Shown here piece after piece: positions 7,441 to 17,708 of a stretch of 64,000 bases of DNA; the stretch's first letter is position 1; every line of letters begins with the position of its first letter. A model generated the notes under the pieces. That model made no database searches, was not told where the DNA came from, and saw nothing but the letters and a program-made list of their open reading frames with translations. The stretch spans positions 88,073 through 152,072 of the forward strand of contig CALNYG010000015.1 of NCBI GenBank assembly GCA_942490825.1, read 5' to 3'. The translations under genes and the position numbers were made by a program. Origin of the DNA: Candidatus Moraniibacteriota bacterium. GTDB lineage: Bacteria > Patescibacteriota > Minisyncoccia > Moranbacterales > GCA-2747515.

Positions 7441-10098
7441 CTAACTTAAATTCTTCAAATGTTCTTCTAATTTAATAATCTTTTCTTGAGCTTGTTTCAA
7501 GTTTTCTTTTTCTTTTTCAACAACTTCTTGAGGAGCTTTTTTTACAAACTCACTAGCTAATCTTTTTTCTAAACCTTTTTGATAACCAATCGTTTTTTGT
7601 AAATCTTGTTCAATTCTTTGCTTTTCTTTTTCGATATCAATTACATTTTCTAGATGAACGTACAATTTCAAATTGCTGACAATGTCTGAGGCAGATTGTT
7701 TTTGCAATTCATCTTTTTCAATTATTTTAATTTCCGCAACATTGCTTAATTTTTTAATAACGTTTTCATTCTCTACTATTGGATTGTTTTCATTAGAAAT
7801 TACTAAAGTGATATTTACATTTTCATTGGCAGCTACATTGTAAGTTGATCGGATATTTCTAATTTTAACAATTAACTCTTGAATTAAATTAAAATTATTT
7901 TCTAATAAAGTTGTATTTAATTCTGATTTTAAACTTTCAGCAGTAGTCCATTTTTCAATCATCAGTAAATTGTTTTCACTAGTCGCAAACATTTCTTGCC
8001 ATATTTTTTCAGTCACAAAAGGAATGAAAGGATGCCACATTTTTACAATTTGTTTGTAAATATAAGCGAGAACAATATCATTCTTTTCTATTTTGTGAAC
8101 TTCTACATACCAATCAGCAAAGTCGTTCCAAGTGAAATTTCGTAAAACTTCTCCAGCTATTGAAAAATTGTATTGCTTTAGATTTTCAGTTACTTCTGTA
8201 TTTACTTTTGTTAATTTTTCTAAAATCCATTTGTCAGCATTTGATAATTCAACATCCTTTAAATTATTAATTTTTTCTAAATCAAAGTTAGAATTAGCAA
8301 CGTAGCGACCGATGTTCCAAAGTTTGTTAGTAAAGTTTCGGAATTGCTCTACTTTTTCTTCGCTTAGTCGAGCATCATTCCCGGGAGTATTTCCAATTAA
8401 TAATGAAAGACGAGAGGCATCAGTTCCATATTTTTCAGTCATGTCTAATGGATCAATTCCATTTCCTTTAGATTTACTCATTTTCTTTCCATTGTTATCT
8501 AAGATCGTTCCATTTAAATAAACTTTCTCAAAAGGTATTTCATTAATTGCAAAAAGCGTCATCATAATCATTCGAGAAACCCAAAGGGTCAATATTTCAT
8601 TACCTGTTCCTAACATTTGAGTTGGATGAAATTTTTTTAAATCTCCAGATTTTTTTCCGTCTTCGAAAGTATCTGGCCAACCTAGTGTTGAGAATGTCCA
8701 CATCCCTGATGAAAACCAAGTGTCGAGTGAGTCGGGATCTTGTTTCCAATCAGCTCCTTTAGGTTTTTCCTCTCCAACAAAGATTTCTTTTTTTCCATCA
8801 ATTTCTCGATGCCAAGCTGGAATTTCATGACCAAACCAAATTTGACGGGAAATACACCAATCGTGCAAATTTTCCATCCAGTCCAAATATCTTTTTGTAA
8901 AACGATTTGGTAAAAATTCAATTTCTTTTTCTTTGGCAACCTTAATCGCTTTTTCTTTTAGAGATAATCCACCTAAACGTTCTAATTTTTTATTTACAGA
9001 GATAAACCATTGTTGAGAGGGGAGTGGTTCAATTGCAGTGTCGCAACGATAACAAACAGAAAGATTATTTTCAATTTCTTCTTCTTTTTCTATTAAGTTA
9101 TTTGCTTTTAATTTTTCAATAATTTTAGTTTGAACTTCTTTTGTGCTTAATCCAGAAAACTCACCAAAATTATCATGAATTTTGCCATCTTCATTAATTA
9201 CTTTAATTATTTTTAAATTATTATTTTCTGCCATTTTCCAATCGGTCATTGAATGGGCTGGGGTGACGCCAAGTGCACCAGTTCCAAATTTAGGATCAAC
9301 TTCACGATCGGCAATTACTTTTATTTTTAATTTAATTTCACAAAATTCACCTTCAAATTCTTGTCCAATGTAATTTTTGTAACGTTCATCTTTTGGGTTA
9401 ACTGCCACTGCGGTATCGCCTAATTTAGTTTCAGGACGCGTCGTTGAAATAGCGAAAGGAAAATCTTTCCAGTATTTAAAAGTGTAAAGCTTAGCTTTTT
9501 GTTCTTCATGTTCAACTTCATCATCAGCTAAGGTACTCTTACAACGTGGACACCAATTAACGATTCTTTCTCCACGGTAAATTACACCTTCATTGTACAT
9601 GTCAATAAACATTCTTTTCACTGCTTTTTTTCTTTGGTTATCTAATGTAAAGGCTTCACGAGACCAATCTAAAGATGCTCCCATTTTTCTAAATTGATGT
9701 AAGATTGTTGCTTGAGTTTCTTGTAAGAATTCCCAAACCATTTCTAGAAATTTTTCTTTTCCTAAGTCATGTCGAGTTTTTCCAGTTTCTTTATACAATC
9801 TTTTTTCTACGACGTTTTGAGTGGCAATAGCGGCATGATCTGTTCCAGGTAGCCAGAGTGTTCGATAACTATTCATTCTATGAAAACGAATCATTAAATC
9901 TTGAGTTGCTAAAATAGAGGCATGACCTAAGTGAAGTTTGGCAGTGATATTTGGCGGAGGAAGAATGATTGTGTAAGTTTTAGCATCTTCAGGTAAGTCT
10001 AAATTATCTGGATTGAAATATCCGCTTTCTTCCCATTTTTTATAAATATCATCTTCTACTTCTTGAGGATTATATGATTGTGTAAAATCTTTTGACAT
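7441..10098 (-). CDS. valS: valine--tRNA ligase
   Basis: 885 aa. HIGH region PPPNITAKLHLGHA, KMSKSKGN motif, C-terminal coiled coil. Confidence 0.95.
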   Translation of the reverse strand: MSKDFTQSYNPQEVEDDIYKKWEESGYFNPDNLDLPEDAKTYTIILPPPNITAKLHLGHASILATQDLMIRFHRMNSYRTLWLPGTDHAAIATQNVVEKRLYKETGKTRHDLGKEKFLEMVWEFLQETQATILHQFRKMGASLDWSREAFTLDNQRKKAVKRMFIDMYNEGVIYRGERIVNWCPRCKSTLADDEVEHEEQKAKLYTFKYWKDFPFAISTTRPETKLGDTAVAVNPKDERYKNYIGQEFEGEFCEIKLKIKVIADREVDPKFGTGALGVTPAHSMTDWKMAENNNLKIIKVINEDGKIHDNFGEFSGLSTKEVQTKIIEKLKANNLIEKEEEIENNLSVCYRCDTAIEPLPSQQWFISVNKKLERLGGLSLKEKAIKVAKEKEIEFLPNRFTKRYLDWMENLHDWCISRQIWFGHEIPAWHREIDGKKEIFVGEEKPKGADWKQDPDSLDTWFSSGMWTFSTLGWPDTFEDGKKSGDLKKFHPTQMLGTGNEILTLWVSRMIMMTLFAINEIPFEKVYLNGTILDNNGKKMSKSKGNGIDPLDMTEKYGTDASRLSLLIGNTPGNDARLSEEKVEQFRNFTNKLWNIGRYVANSNFDLEKINNLKDVELSNADKWILEKLTKVNTEVTENLKQYNFSIAGEVLRNFTWNDFADWYVEVHKIEKNDIVLAYIYKQIVKMWHPFIPFVTEKIWQEMFATSENNLLMIEKWTTAESLKSELNTTLLENNFNLIQELIVKIRNIRSTYNVAANENVNITLVISNENNPIVENENVIKKLSNVAEIKIIEKDELQKQSASDIVSNLKLYVHLENVIDIEKEKQRIEQDLQKTIGYQKGLEKRLASEFVKKAPQEVVEKEKENLKQAQEKIIKLEEHLKNLS

Positions 10099-10261
10099 AG
10101 TATTTTTATGTTAAATTTAATAGTTTAAATATATCAGTAAAGCAGGGAAGTTTCAAGAAAAATATTAATTTGTAACTAGTAAATCAGTAACTAGTAATTT
10201 TAAAAATTAAGATTCTAGATTCACGAAATTAATAATTTAATGATTAATTTTTAATTTTAAA

Positions 10262-10279
10262 AGCCCGTGCGGCGAGCAC
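10262..10279 (+). repeat. AGCCCGTGCGGCGAGCAC unit (copy 2 of 11)
   Basis: Exact core flanked by an A run and T6. On the minus strand it reads GUGCUCGCCGCACGGGCUUUU downstream of the 10346-11192 gene. Confidence 0.8.
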
Positions 10280-10293
10280 TTTTTTGATAAAAT

Positions 10294-10323
10294 AAAAAGA
10301 CGAGCTTTGAACTCGTCTTTTTT
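10294..10323 (-). terminator. terminator downstream of the secreted repeat protein
   Basis: Stem AGACGAG/CTCGTCT flanked by A and T runs. Confidence 0.6.
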
Positions 10324-10397
10324 AAATTAACTTTTTGTGTAAAAATTATTTCACATCAAGCTTATATTCACCTGGCATCACATTTGGTAAATATAAC

Positions 10398-11192
10398 TTA
10401 CCATCTTTTTGTAGTCATAAATTCACCAACGGGAATTTTCTGGTCATTTATGTAAGTATAAATTTTAACTTTTTTTGATTTTCTTATTTTCTCACCATCT
10501 TCATCACGTAATCTAATATACAGATTAAATCTTTGCATTGGATTTGCAACATCTCCACTTTTATACTCGAATTTATATTTACCAGAAATTACGTCAGTCA
10601 GTTTAAGTGTATTAGTGGTATCTATTCTTTCATAGGCAGCGTAAAACCAATCGCTATCATCAATTTTAGCTTTAACTTTGATACGTGGTTTATTTTTCTT
10701 TTTACTTAAAGAAGCATCTTCATCAACATCTATTTTATATACCATTCCAGGAATAGTATTTTCTAAGGAAAGTTCGCCGTCGCTATCAGTTTCATAAGTT
10801 CCTGCTAAAATTTTATCATCACCAGGAACAATAGTTGGTAGAGATGCTGCATCGATATACGCATAAACCTCTACATCAACTTTTTCATCAAACTTTCGAC
10901 CTTTCTCATCGTACATTTGAGCTCTAATATCTATTATTTGAGGTGTTTGTACGTCATCATTATCAACTTCTAATTTATATTTTCCAGGCAACATTTTTTT
11001 TAATTTCAATGTTCCGTAGGGAGTCGTATGTTTTTTTAAAGCTTTGAACCATTCACCTCCTTGTTTAGCATAAACCTTAACTTCTATTCCATCAGCATTT
11101 ACTGAATCAGCATTCGCAATTTTTGTTAGTAAAAATGTTGGTAAAACACTAATACAAAAAATTATAGCCCCTGCAAAAATTTTCTTTCTCAT
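10398..11192 (-). CDS. secreted protein with four tandem beta-sandwich-like repeats; C-terminus apparently frameshifted
   Basis: Signal peptide. Recurring ...LPGKYKLEVDNDD, IPGMVYKIDVDED and ISGKYKFEYKSGD modules. The end of the fourth module (DGKLYLPNVMPGEYKLDVK*) is read in another frame, down to a stop at 10346-10348. Confidence 0.7.
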   Translation of the reverse strand: MRKKIFAGAIIFCISVLPTFLLTKIANADSVNADGIEVKVYAKQGGEWFKALKKHTTPYGTLKLKKMLPGKYKLEVDNDDVQTPQIIDIRAQMYDEKGRKFDEKVDVEVYAYIDAASLPTIVPGDDKILAGTYETDSDGELSLENTIPGMVYKIDVDEDASLSKKKNKPRIKVKAKIDDSDWFYAAYERIDTTNTLKLTDVISGKYKFEYKSGDVANPMQRFNLYIRLRDEDGEKIRKSKKVKIYTYINDQKIPVGEFMTTKRW

Positions 11193-11308
11193 ATTTTTTT
11201 GTTATTGATTTAGAGAGTGTAAGTTCAAAGTACAAACTTGACTTACTGACTATATTGTACCATATTTTTTTTATTTTAAAAATAGTATAATATGTGGATA
11301 ATTTTTTA

Positions 11309-11317
11309 TGGTATAAT
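11309..11317 (+). promoter_or_regulatory. extended -10 promoter (TGGTATAAT), apparently leaderless
   Basis: TGnTATAAT ends 8 nt before the ATG at 11326, and there is no Shine-Dalgarno sequence. Confidence 0.45.
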
Positions 11318-11325
11318 TATTTTAT

Positions 11326-12405
11326 ATGGATATTGTTTGTAATAAAAAATTATCGACGAATAAAGGTAGAACAACTTTTAAACAAAATCAAAATAAAAAG
11401 TTTAAAAGAAGAAGCGAATTGAAGAAGCCTAAAATGGATGGAATTGGAGGCGGAATTCCTAAGTCTAGTATTCGTCGTAACCAACAACTTCATCTTTTGC
11501 ATAAAGCGAAGGATTCTTTTAGTGGTGCTAGAAATGATTTACTTCAAGAAATAAAAAATAAGAATTGTACAAAAAAGAAAAGAACTGTTGTGCGACAGAA
11601 GGTGATAAGGGATAATTTTAATGATAGTTTCAATCTGAAAAATAAATCTTTATCTAATTATGATTTAAGAGAAATAGGATTTAGTAATTTTAAAGATGGG
11701 CAAATATTTATTAATAGAGAATGTGTTGTTGATAAAAATGATAATTTTGAGAGCGAGGAATTAAAATTTTTTTCTTCAGTAAAATTGTGGAATTTTTCTT
11801 TGGTGGGGGCAATGATTTTAGGTATGTTAGTTATGGGATTTATTCATCAAAGTTTAGGTGGTGATGTTCTTGCCAAAATTAAAGATGGTGAAAAGCAAGG
11901 TGAAGAAAAAGTTGAAGAAGATAATTTGTATTTTAGTCAAGAAGAAAATTTTTATAGTCGCGGTCAGGCAACTGATGGTCAGAAAAAAGAATTAGAGATA
12001 AAAATTAGGGATATGGTCGTTGGTCAGCCAATTGAAAATATGATTCCTTATATTCTCGAACAGGATTATTATGTAGCGGCTTATTTAATTGCTATTGCAA
12101 AAAAGGAGAGTCAATGGGGAAGCCGAGTTCCTATTTTAAATGGTAAAGATTGTTATAATTATTGGGGTTATAGGGGGAATCGAGATTTGATGGGGTCAGC
12201 TGGTCACACCTGTTTCAATAGTCGCAAGGATGCTGTAGAGACAGTTGGAAAAAGATTGGATAATTTAATTTACGAACAAAATAAAAAAACAGCAAGTGAT
12301 CTTATTGTATGGAAATGTGGTTCAACTTGTGAGGATCATAGTCAAGCGGGTGTGGATAGTTGGATTGATGTTGTGGATATGTATTATAGTAAGTTAGTAA
12401 AATAA
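11326..12405 (+). CDS. membrane-anchored protein with a possible GH73-like peptidoglycan hydrolase domain
   Basis: Basic N-terminus and one TM helix. The C-terminal AIAKKESQWGS resembles the glucosaminidase motif A-x-x-E-S/T-G-W-G. Confidence 0.4.
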   Translation: MDIVCNKKLSTNKGRTTFKQNQNKKFKRRSELKKPKMDGIGGGIPKSSIRRNQQLHLLHKAKDSFSGARNDLLQEIKNKNCTKKKRTVVRQKVIRDNFNDSFNLKNKSLSNYDLREIGFSNFKDGQIFINRECVVDKNDNFESEELKFFSSVKLWNFSLVGAMILGMLVMGFIHQSLGGDVLAKIKDGEKQGEEKVEEDNLYFSQEENFYSRGQATDGQKKELEIKIRDMVVGQPIENMIPYILEQDYYVAAYLIAIAKKESQWGSRVPILNGKDCYNYWGYRGNRDLMGSAGHTCFNSRKDAVETVGKRLDNLIYEQNKKTASDLIVWKCGSTCEDHSQAGVDSWIDVVDMYYSKLVK

Positions 12406-12586
12406 TATTATTAAATTTTTTTAAGAAAATATTAGATTGTGAAATTTTAATAAAATGGTCAATATGGTAGAATATAAAAAGGCAATTTATATAGTTTTTC
12501 TAAAAAAAATTTAAATACCAATTTTGTATCTTTTATGGTATAATTTTATTATTGAAAGAAATTGAAATAAAAACAAAATAATTTAT

Positions 12587-13633
12587 ATGTCTTTATTTAG
12601 TAAAAAACCAAAATTTTTTTTGGGGGTTGACTTTGGATCTCGCTCAATTAAAGCGGTAGAGTTAGAATATACAAAAAATAAGTCTAAGCTAGTTAACTAT
12701 GGATGGGTTAATTTGCATAGTTCTCAAGAAGCGATTAATTTAGCTGATAATGCTAATAGTGAAAGATTGGGAGCTGCATTATCAAGTCTCTTACAAAGTA
12801 TTAAGTCAAAAACAAATTCAGTAACAGTATCTATCCCAAGTTTTAACGGACTTGTTCTTATGGTTGATTTTCCTGTTATGGATGAAATGGAATTAGCTCA
12901 GGCAATTAAATTAGAATCCAGAAAATATATTCCAGCTCCAATAGATGACGTTAATATAAGTTGGGAAATTGTTAAAGATGCTCAACCAGTTAACCCAGGT
13001 ATGATGAAAGTTATTTTAGTAGCTGCACCAAAGAGTGAAGTTAATTACTATAATAACTTATTTTTAGGTGTGGGCATGTCTGTTGATGCTTTGGAATTAG
13101 AGCCATTTGCCCTAGTTAGGTCTTTAATTGGAAATGACAAAGGTAGTTTTGTTATTGCTGATATAGGAGCTAAAACTACATCTCTTAGTTTAGTAGAGGG
13201 AGGAGCGGTTTACATTAACCGTAGTTTAAATGTGGGCGGAGTAAATATTACTAATGCTATATCTTCTAATTTAAATATTCCTTTTGATCAAGCAATGCAA
13301 CTTAAAGAATCAGGTGAGAATTTTTTTGTGGGAAATAGACAAATGAAATTTGATTCAATTGAATATATAGCTAATGAAATAAAAAGAATTATTGGATCTC
13401 GAAATGGAAATCCTTTAGGCACAGTTATTGTTTGTGGAGGATCAGCTAGATTAGCTGGTCTTGCAGAAATATTGACTCAGATGATAGGTGTAAATGTAGT
13501 TGTTGGTAATCCTTGGAGTCACATAACTTATGATAGATCTATAGCTCAAAGCTTAGAGCAAAATACAGGACCTGCATTTGCAGTGGCGGTTGGTTTAGCT
13601 GCTCGAGGAATAGAAGAGTTAAAAAGTAAATAA
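12587..13633 (+). CDS. pilM: type IV pilus assembly protein PilM (actin-like ATPase fold)
   Basis: GVDFGSRSIKAVELE..., DIGAKTTSL... and VCGGSARLAGL are typical of PilM. It is the first gene of the pilus block. Confidence 0.85.
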   Translation: MSLFSKKPKFFLGVDFGSRSIKAVELEYTKNKSKLVNYGWVNLHSSQEAINLADNANSERLGAALSSLLQSIKSKTNSVTVSIPSFNGLVLMVDFPVMDEMELAQAIKLESRKYIPAPIDDVNISWEIVKDAQPVNPGMMKVILVAAPKSEVNYYNNLFLGVGMSVDALELEPFALVRSLIGNDKGSFVIADIGAKTTSLSLVEGGAVYINRSLNVGGVNITNAISSNLNIPFDQAMQLKESGENFFVGNRQMKFDSIEYIANEIKRIIGSRNGNPLGTVIVCGGSARLAGLAEILTQMIGVNVVVGNPWSHITYDRSIAQSLEQNTGPAFAVAVGLAARGIEELKSK

Positions 13634-13652
13634 AATTAATTTAATTTAGCTT

Positions 13653-14375
13653 ATGGTAAGTTTTAAAAGTGAATCAATTAAACAAAGAATTGAAAAAAAG
13701 AGAAAGGCACAGTCATTTTCTTTAGGCATTATCATTGTTTTTTTAATATTAATTGTAGTAGCGAGTGTTTTTGGTGTTATGAAATTTTGGCAATCAAAAC
13801 TAGAAGAAGAAATAAAAGGATATGTTGAAACAATAGAAGGGACAGAAAACGGAGGAGAGATCGGATTAAAAGGAGATATGGAAGTTATAATGAATAGCGA
13901 AGAAGCAGATTTTTATAAAAGAATGGATTTAATGAAAAAGAATCTTTATAAAAAACATTCTTCTGTATCAGTATTAAATGAAATTGAGAAAACTGTGATT
14001 CCTGATGTAGTTCTATTATCTTTTTCGCATACGGTTGAGAATGATAGTCTGGAGAATATTGTTATTAAAGCTGATGCTAATACGATTGAACTTATGGCAC
14101 AACAAGTTGAAAGGTTTAAAAGCAATAACTTTTTTGGTAATGTTCGTGTTGGTGATACAAGTAGAGATGCTAATGGTAGGATTGTATTTAATATTACTGC
14201 TAATGTGGTAGATACTAAATATATTTTGTATTCTGAAAAAAGAGAAGTTCAAGATACAATTCAGGATTTAAAGAACGATATAATTGAAACTCAACCGCCA
14301 GTTGAAGAAGTTGTGCCAGAGGAGCCTCAAGATGTTGTTGTGGAGGAAATTGAAACTACGGAAACTCAAGAATAA
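13653..14375 (+). CDS. pilN: PilN-like pilus assembly protein
   Basis: Single N-terminal TM helix, then a coiled coil and a small alpha/beta domain. Called by position after pilM. Confidence 0.5.
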   Translation: MVSFKSESIKQRIEKKRKAQSFSLGIIIVFLILIVVASVFGVMKFWQSKLEEEIKGYVETIEGTENGGEIGLKGDMEVIMNSEEADFYKRMDLMKKNLYKKHSSVSVLNEIEKTVIPDVVLLSFSHTVENDSLENIVIKADANTIELMAQQVERFKSNNFFGNVRVGDTSRDANGRIVFNITANVVDTKYILYSEKREVQDTIQDLKNDIIETQPPVEEVVPEEPQDVVVEEIETTETQE

Positions 14376-14438
14376 TGAAGTTTTATTTTGAAGAATGTTT
14401 GGATTAACGTATTATAATTGATTATTTAAGATAAAAAT

Positions 14439-15152
14439 ATGAATAAAATTGTTTTGATTCCAGTACTTATGGCTTTAGTTATTTACATTGTTATATTTCA
14501 AACAATTCCTTCAGTAAATAAAGTGTTAGATTTAAGAGAACAAAGGGTTGAAAAAATTAAAGATATTAATGATCAGAAGGATAAATTGGCTAAATTGGAA
14601 AAATTTCAAAATGAGGTAGTAAAACATCAAGAGCAATTTGATTTTGTTTCAAAATTCATTCCTGTAGATCCGATCGAGAATGATATTATTAATTTTCTTA
14701 ATCAAAAAGCTAAAGATAATGAAGTTGATTTATTTAACATTAATTCTGCAGATAGAGTTACTAAAAAACGTAAAGATAATAATGGCACAAATATTAATTT
14801 TTCAGAGGTAGAAATTACTTTGACTGGGTCATACGATAATATTAGAAATTTTTTAAGTGAAATTTTTATTATAAACAGACTGTATAGTTTTGATACTATA
14901 ATGATAGAAAAAATTGTTGTAAAAGATGGTGAGATAAGTCCAGATAGTTTGAATGTAAAAATAGTTTTTAATTATTCATATGTACCTGATTTTTTGGTAA
15001 TGAAGACAAGCGATATTGGTCGAGTTAGTAGTGACGAAGGAGTAAAAAAAAGTTATGATTTTGTTGATTTTGTCATGAAATCAACTGCTGAAATAAGAGA
15101 ATTTAAAAAAGTAGATAGTATTGGTCGTAAAAATCCTTTTTTGCCAAAATAA
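14439..15152 (+). CDS. pilO: PilO-like pilus assembly protein
   Basis: Single TM helix plus coiled coil (KIKDINDQKDKLAKLEKFQNE). Called by position between pilN and pilB. Confidence 0.5.
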   Translation: MNKIVLIPVLMALVIYIVIFQTIPSVNKVLDLREQRVEKIKDINDQKDKLAKLEKFQNEVVKHQEQFDFVSKFIPVDPIENDIINFLNQKAKDNEVDLFNINSADRVTKKRKDNNGTNINFSEVEITLTGSYDNIRNFLSEIFIINRLYSFDTIMIEKIVVKDGEISPDSLNVKIVFNYSYVPDFLVMKTSDIGRVSSDEGVKKSYDFVDFVMKSTAEIREFKKVDSIGRKNPFLPK

Positions 15153-15162
15153 TTAAACTTTT

Positions 15163-16965
15163 ATGAATGATGAAATAAACACAAACACAAATACAAATAT
15201 GGAAGATGGTCAGTTTTTAAATATGGAAGACGATTCAGACTTATTAAGTGGACAGCAAGATGATCAAATGCAATCTCTTGGCGCAGATGATGTACTAAGT
15301 AATGAACTTGAAAAGAGGGCTAATGATTTAGGTGTGAAAGCTTTATCAAAATTAACAGATAAAATAAAACCTGAGGCAATGGGGTCAATTTCTGAAGAAA
15401 TTGCTAGAAAAAATAAAATAGGTGTTTTTGAGAGGGATCGTGAAAAATCGATTTTGCGTGTGGCAATGATAAATCCGCAGGATATTAATGCTTTAAATAT
15501 ATTAAGGTTTGTTGCTCAAAAAGATCGGTTAAATGTTGAAATTTATTTAACTACAGAAAATGTTTTAGAAGAAATATTTAGTTACTATGGATCAGCTGGA
15601 GGAGCGGTCGAGGATGTTGTACAATCTTTGTATGAAGAAGAAGTTAATCGAGAAGAGGCAACGACAGATAAAAAAACTCAATCTACTATAACTCAAAATA
15701 CTCCTGTTGCTAAATTAGTACGAGTTATTATTAAGCATGCTCTTGAGGGAAAGGCTTCAGATATTCATATTGAACCGATTGATAAAACGTATAGAGTTCG
15801 TTTTAGACAGGATGGTATTTTGCATGCTTCATTAAGCTTTCCGATAGAAGTGGGTAGAGCAGTTATATCAAGAATTAAAATTTTATCTAAGTTGAAGATT
15901 GATGAAAAAAGAAAACCTCAAGATGGTCGTTTTAGAATTGAAGAGGATGGTAATCAAGTTGACTTTCGTGTTTCGTCGTTGCCTGTAGTTGAAGGCGAAA
16001 AAATTGTTATGCGTATTTTAGAGAAAGATCGTCAATCGTTTAACTTAAAAGAATTGGGCTTGATGGGCAGTCAATATGATATTTTTATGGAACGTATTAA
16101 AGATCCATTCGCTATGATATTGATGACTGGTCCAACTGGGTCTGGTAAATCAACTACTCTTTATGCTTTGATTAAGATTTTAAATGAAGAAGAGCGAAAT
16201 ATTATTACACTAGAGGATCCAGTAGAATATTTTATACCAGGGATTAATCAATCCCAAATTAAACCAGAAATAGGATATACTTTTGCCAGTGGATTAAGGA
16301 GTATTCTAAGGCAGGATCCTAATGTTATAATGGTCGGTGAGATTCGTGATAGTGAGACAGCAGAATTAGCTATTCATGCTGCGTTGACGGGACACTTAGT
16401 ATTTTCTACAGTTCATACTAATAGTGCTGTTGGTGCTATACCACGTTTAATTGATATGAATATTGAGCCATTTTTAATCTCTTCATCAACTAGAGTTTTA
16501 GCAGCACAAAGATTGGTTAGAAAAATATGTCCAAATTGTAAAGAAGAGGTTCAAATAGCAGATAAACTTACACAAAAAATAAGGGAGGAATTGAGTAAAA
16601 TCTCCCCTAGAGAGATTGAAAAGTATGGAATAAATTTGTCACAAGGTTTAAAATTTTATCATGGACGTGGTTGTGAGGAATGTAATAGTCTTGGTTTATC
16701 GGGTCGTTTAGCTTTATATGAAGTTATTGAATTAGATGAAGAGATGCAAAATATCATTACTGAAAATGAAGGAAATGTGATAGAATTAGATAGAGCTGCA
16801 AGAAGAAAGGGATATATCACATTAAAGCAGGATGGAATTTTGAAGGTTCTATTAGGTTTAACTACTTTAGCTGAATTAGAAAGGGTAACAGAAAGTGGCG
16901 ATTTTGTAGGCGGTAAAATTGATGAGGTTGCAGATGAAGAGTATGAAGCAGTAGAAAATGTATAA
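15163..16965 (+). CDS. pilB: type IV pilus extension ATPase PilB (GspE family)
   Basis: Walker A GPTGSGKSTT, Asp and His boxes, tetracysteine motif CPNCKEE...CEECNSLGLSGR. Confidence 0.9.
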   Translation: MNDEINTNTNTNMEDGQFLNMEDDSDLLSGQQDDQMQSLGADDVLSNELEKRANDLGVKALSKLTDKIKPEAMGSISEEIARKNKIGVFERDREKSILRVAMINPQDINALNILRFVAQKDRLNVEIYLTTENVLEEIFSYYGSAGGAVEDVVQSLYEEEVNREEATTDKKTQSTITQNTPVAKLVRVIIKHALEGKASDIHIEPIDKTYRVRFRQDGILHASLSFPIEVGRAVISRIKILSKLKIDEKRKPQDGRFRIEEDGNQVDFRVSSLPVVEGEKIVMRILEKDRQSFNLKELGLMGSQYDIFMERIKDPFAMILMTGPTGSGKSTTLYALIKILNEEERNIITLEDPVEYFIPGINQSQIKPEIGYTFASGLRSILRQDPNVIMVGEIRDSETAELAIHAALTGHLVFSTVHTNSAVGAIPRLIDMNIEPFLISSSTRVLAAQRLVRKICPNCKEEVQIADKLTQKIREELSKISPREIEKYGINLSQGLKFYHGRGCEECNSLGLSGRLALYEVIELDEEMQNIITENEGNVIELDRAARRKGYITLKQDGILKVLLGLTTLAELERVTESGDFVGGKIDEVADEEYEAVENV

Positions 16966-17004
16966 TTTATTTCGTTGATAAGCTAATTGAATAATTTTAA
17001 TTTT

Positions 17005-17394
17005 ATGAATAAAAAACAAGCGAGCGAAAAGAAGATTTTATTAGTTGAAGATGATCCTTTCATTGGTGATATTTTTGAAACTAAGTTAGATGCATCAGGA
17101 TTTGATGTTTTAAAAGCTGATAATGGTCGGATAGCTATTGATAAGTTAAAAGAGGGGTTTGTTCCAAATTTGATTCTTTTAGACTTGAGGATGCCAGAAT
17201 TGGATGGTTTTGGATTTTTAGAAGAAGTTAATAAAAATGAAGAATGGAAAAAATTTCCAATAGTTGTTTTAACTAATTTCTCAGGCGAGGATGATATAGA
17301 GCGTTGTAAGGAAATGGGAGCTAAAGATTACTTGGTTAAATCATTTTTTACTCCAGCAGAAGTTATGGAGAAAATTGAGAAATATATTAGCTAA
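17005..17394 (+). CDS. stand-alone response-regulator receiver domain (CheY/PilH-like)
   Basis: KILLVEDDP..., LDLRMPELDGF and ...VLTNF...K form the receiver signature. The ORF track begins at TTG 16987; ATG 17005 is the more likely start. Confidence 0.8.
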   Translation: MNKKQASEKKILLVEDDPFIGDIFETKLDASGFDVLKADNGRIAIDKLKEGFVPNLILLDLRMPELDGFGFLEEVNKNEEWKKFPIVVLTNFSGEDDIERCKEMGAKDYLVKSFFTPAEVMEKIEKYIS

Positions 17395-17708
17395 TATATT
17401 TTTATAAAGGTGATTAATTAGATTTTCACATTAAGGTTTTTTTATTTATATTTTTCGAGGAACTAGTTGGTTTTGTTGGTGAAGTAAATGATTGTTTAAA
17501 AAATATTCATATAAATAGAGAAAAATATAAACATAATAAAGAAATAGTATAGGGTAGGTTTGCAGATATTTTGTTTATTTTATTAATTTAGCTGAGGTTA
17601 TAAAAGTTGATTTAGAAAGAATGACAAGTGAAAGTATAAAAAAATAAAGGGTTTGATTTGAAATAGATTTTTAGGTTTAAAAAACAAAAAATAAAAGTTA
17701 AAAATAAA

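Noticed and set aside
8312-9373. Small ORFs inside valS (8312-8521, 8682-8939, 9182-9373)
   Set aside because: They are nested in or antisense to a confidently identified 885-aa valS gene.
10099-10261. T-box riboswitch leader upstream of valS
   Set aside because: I could not find the conserved T-box sequence or a specifier-loop/antiterminator arrangement. The region is almost pure A/T apart from the direct 11-mer repeat.
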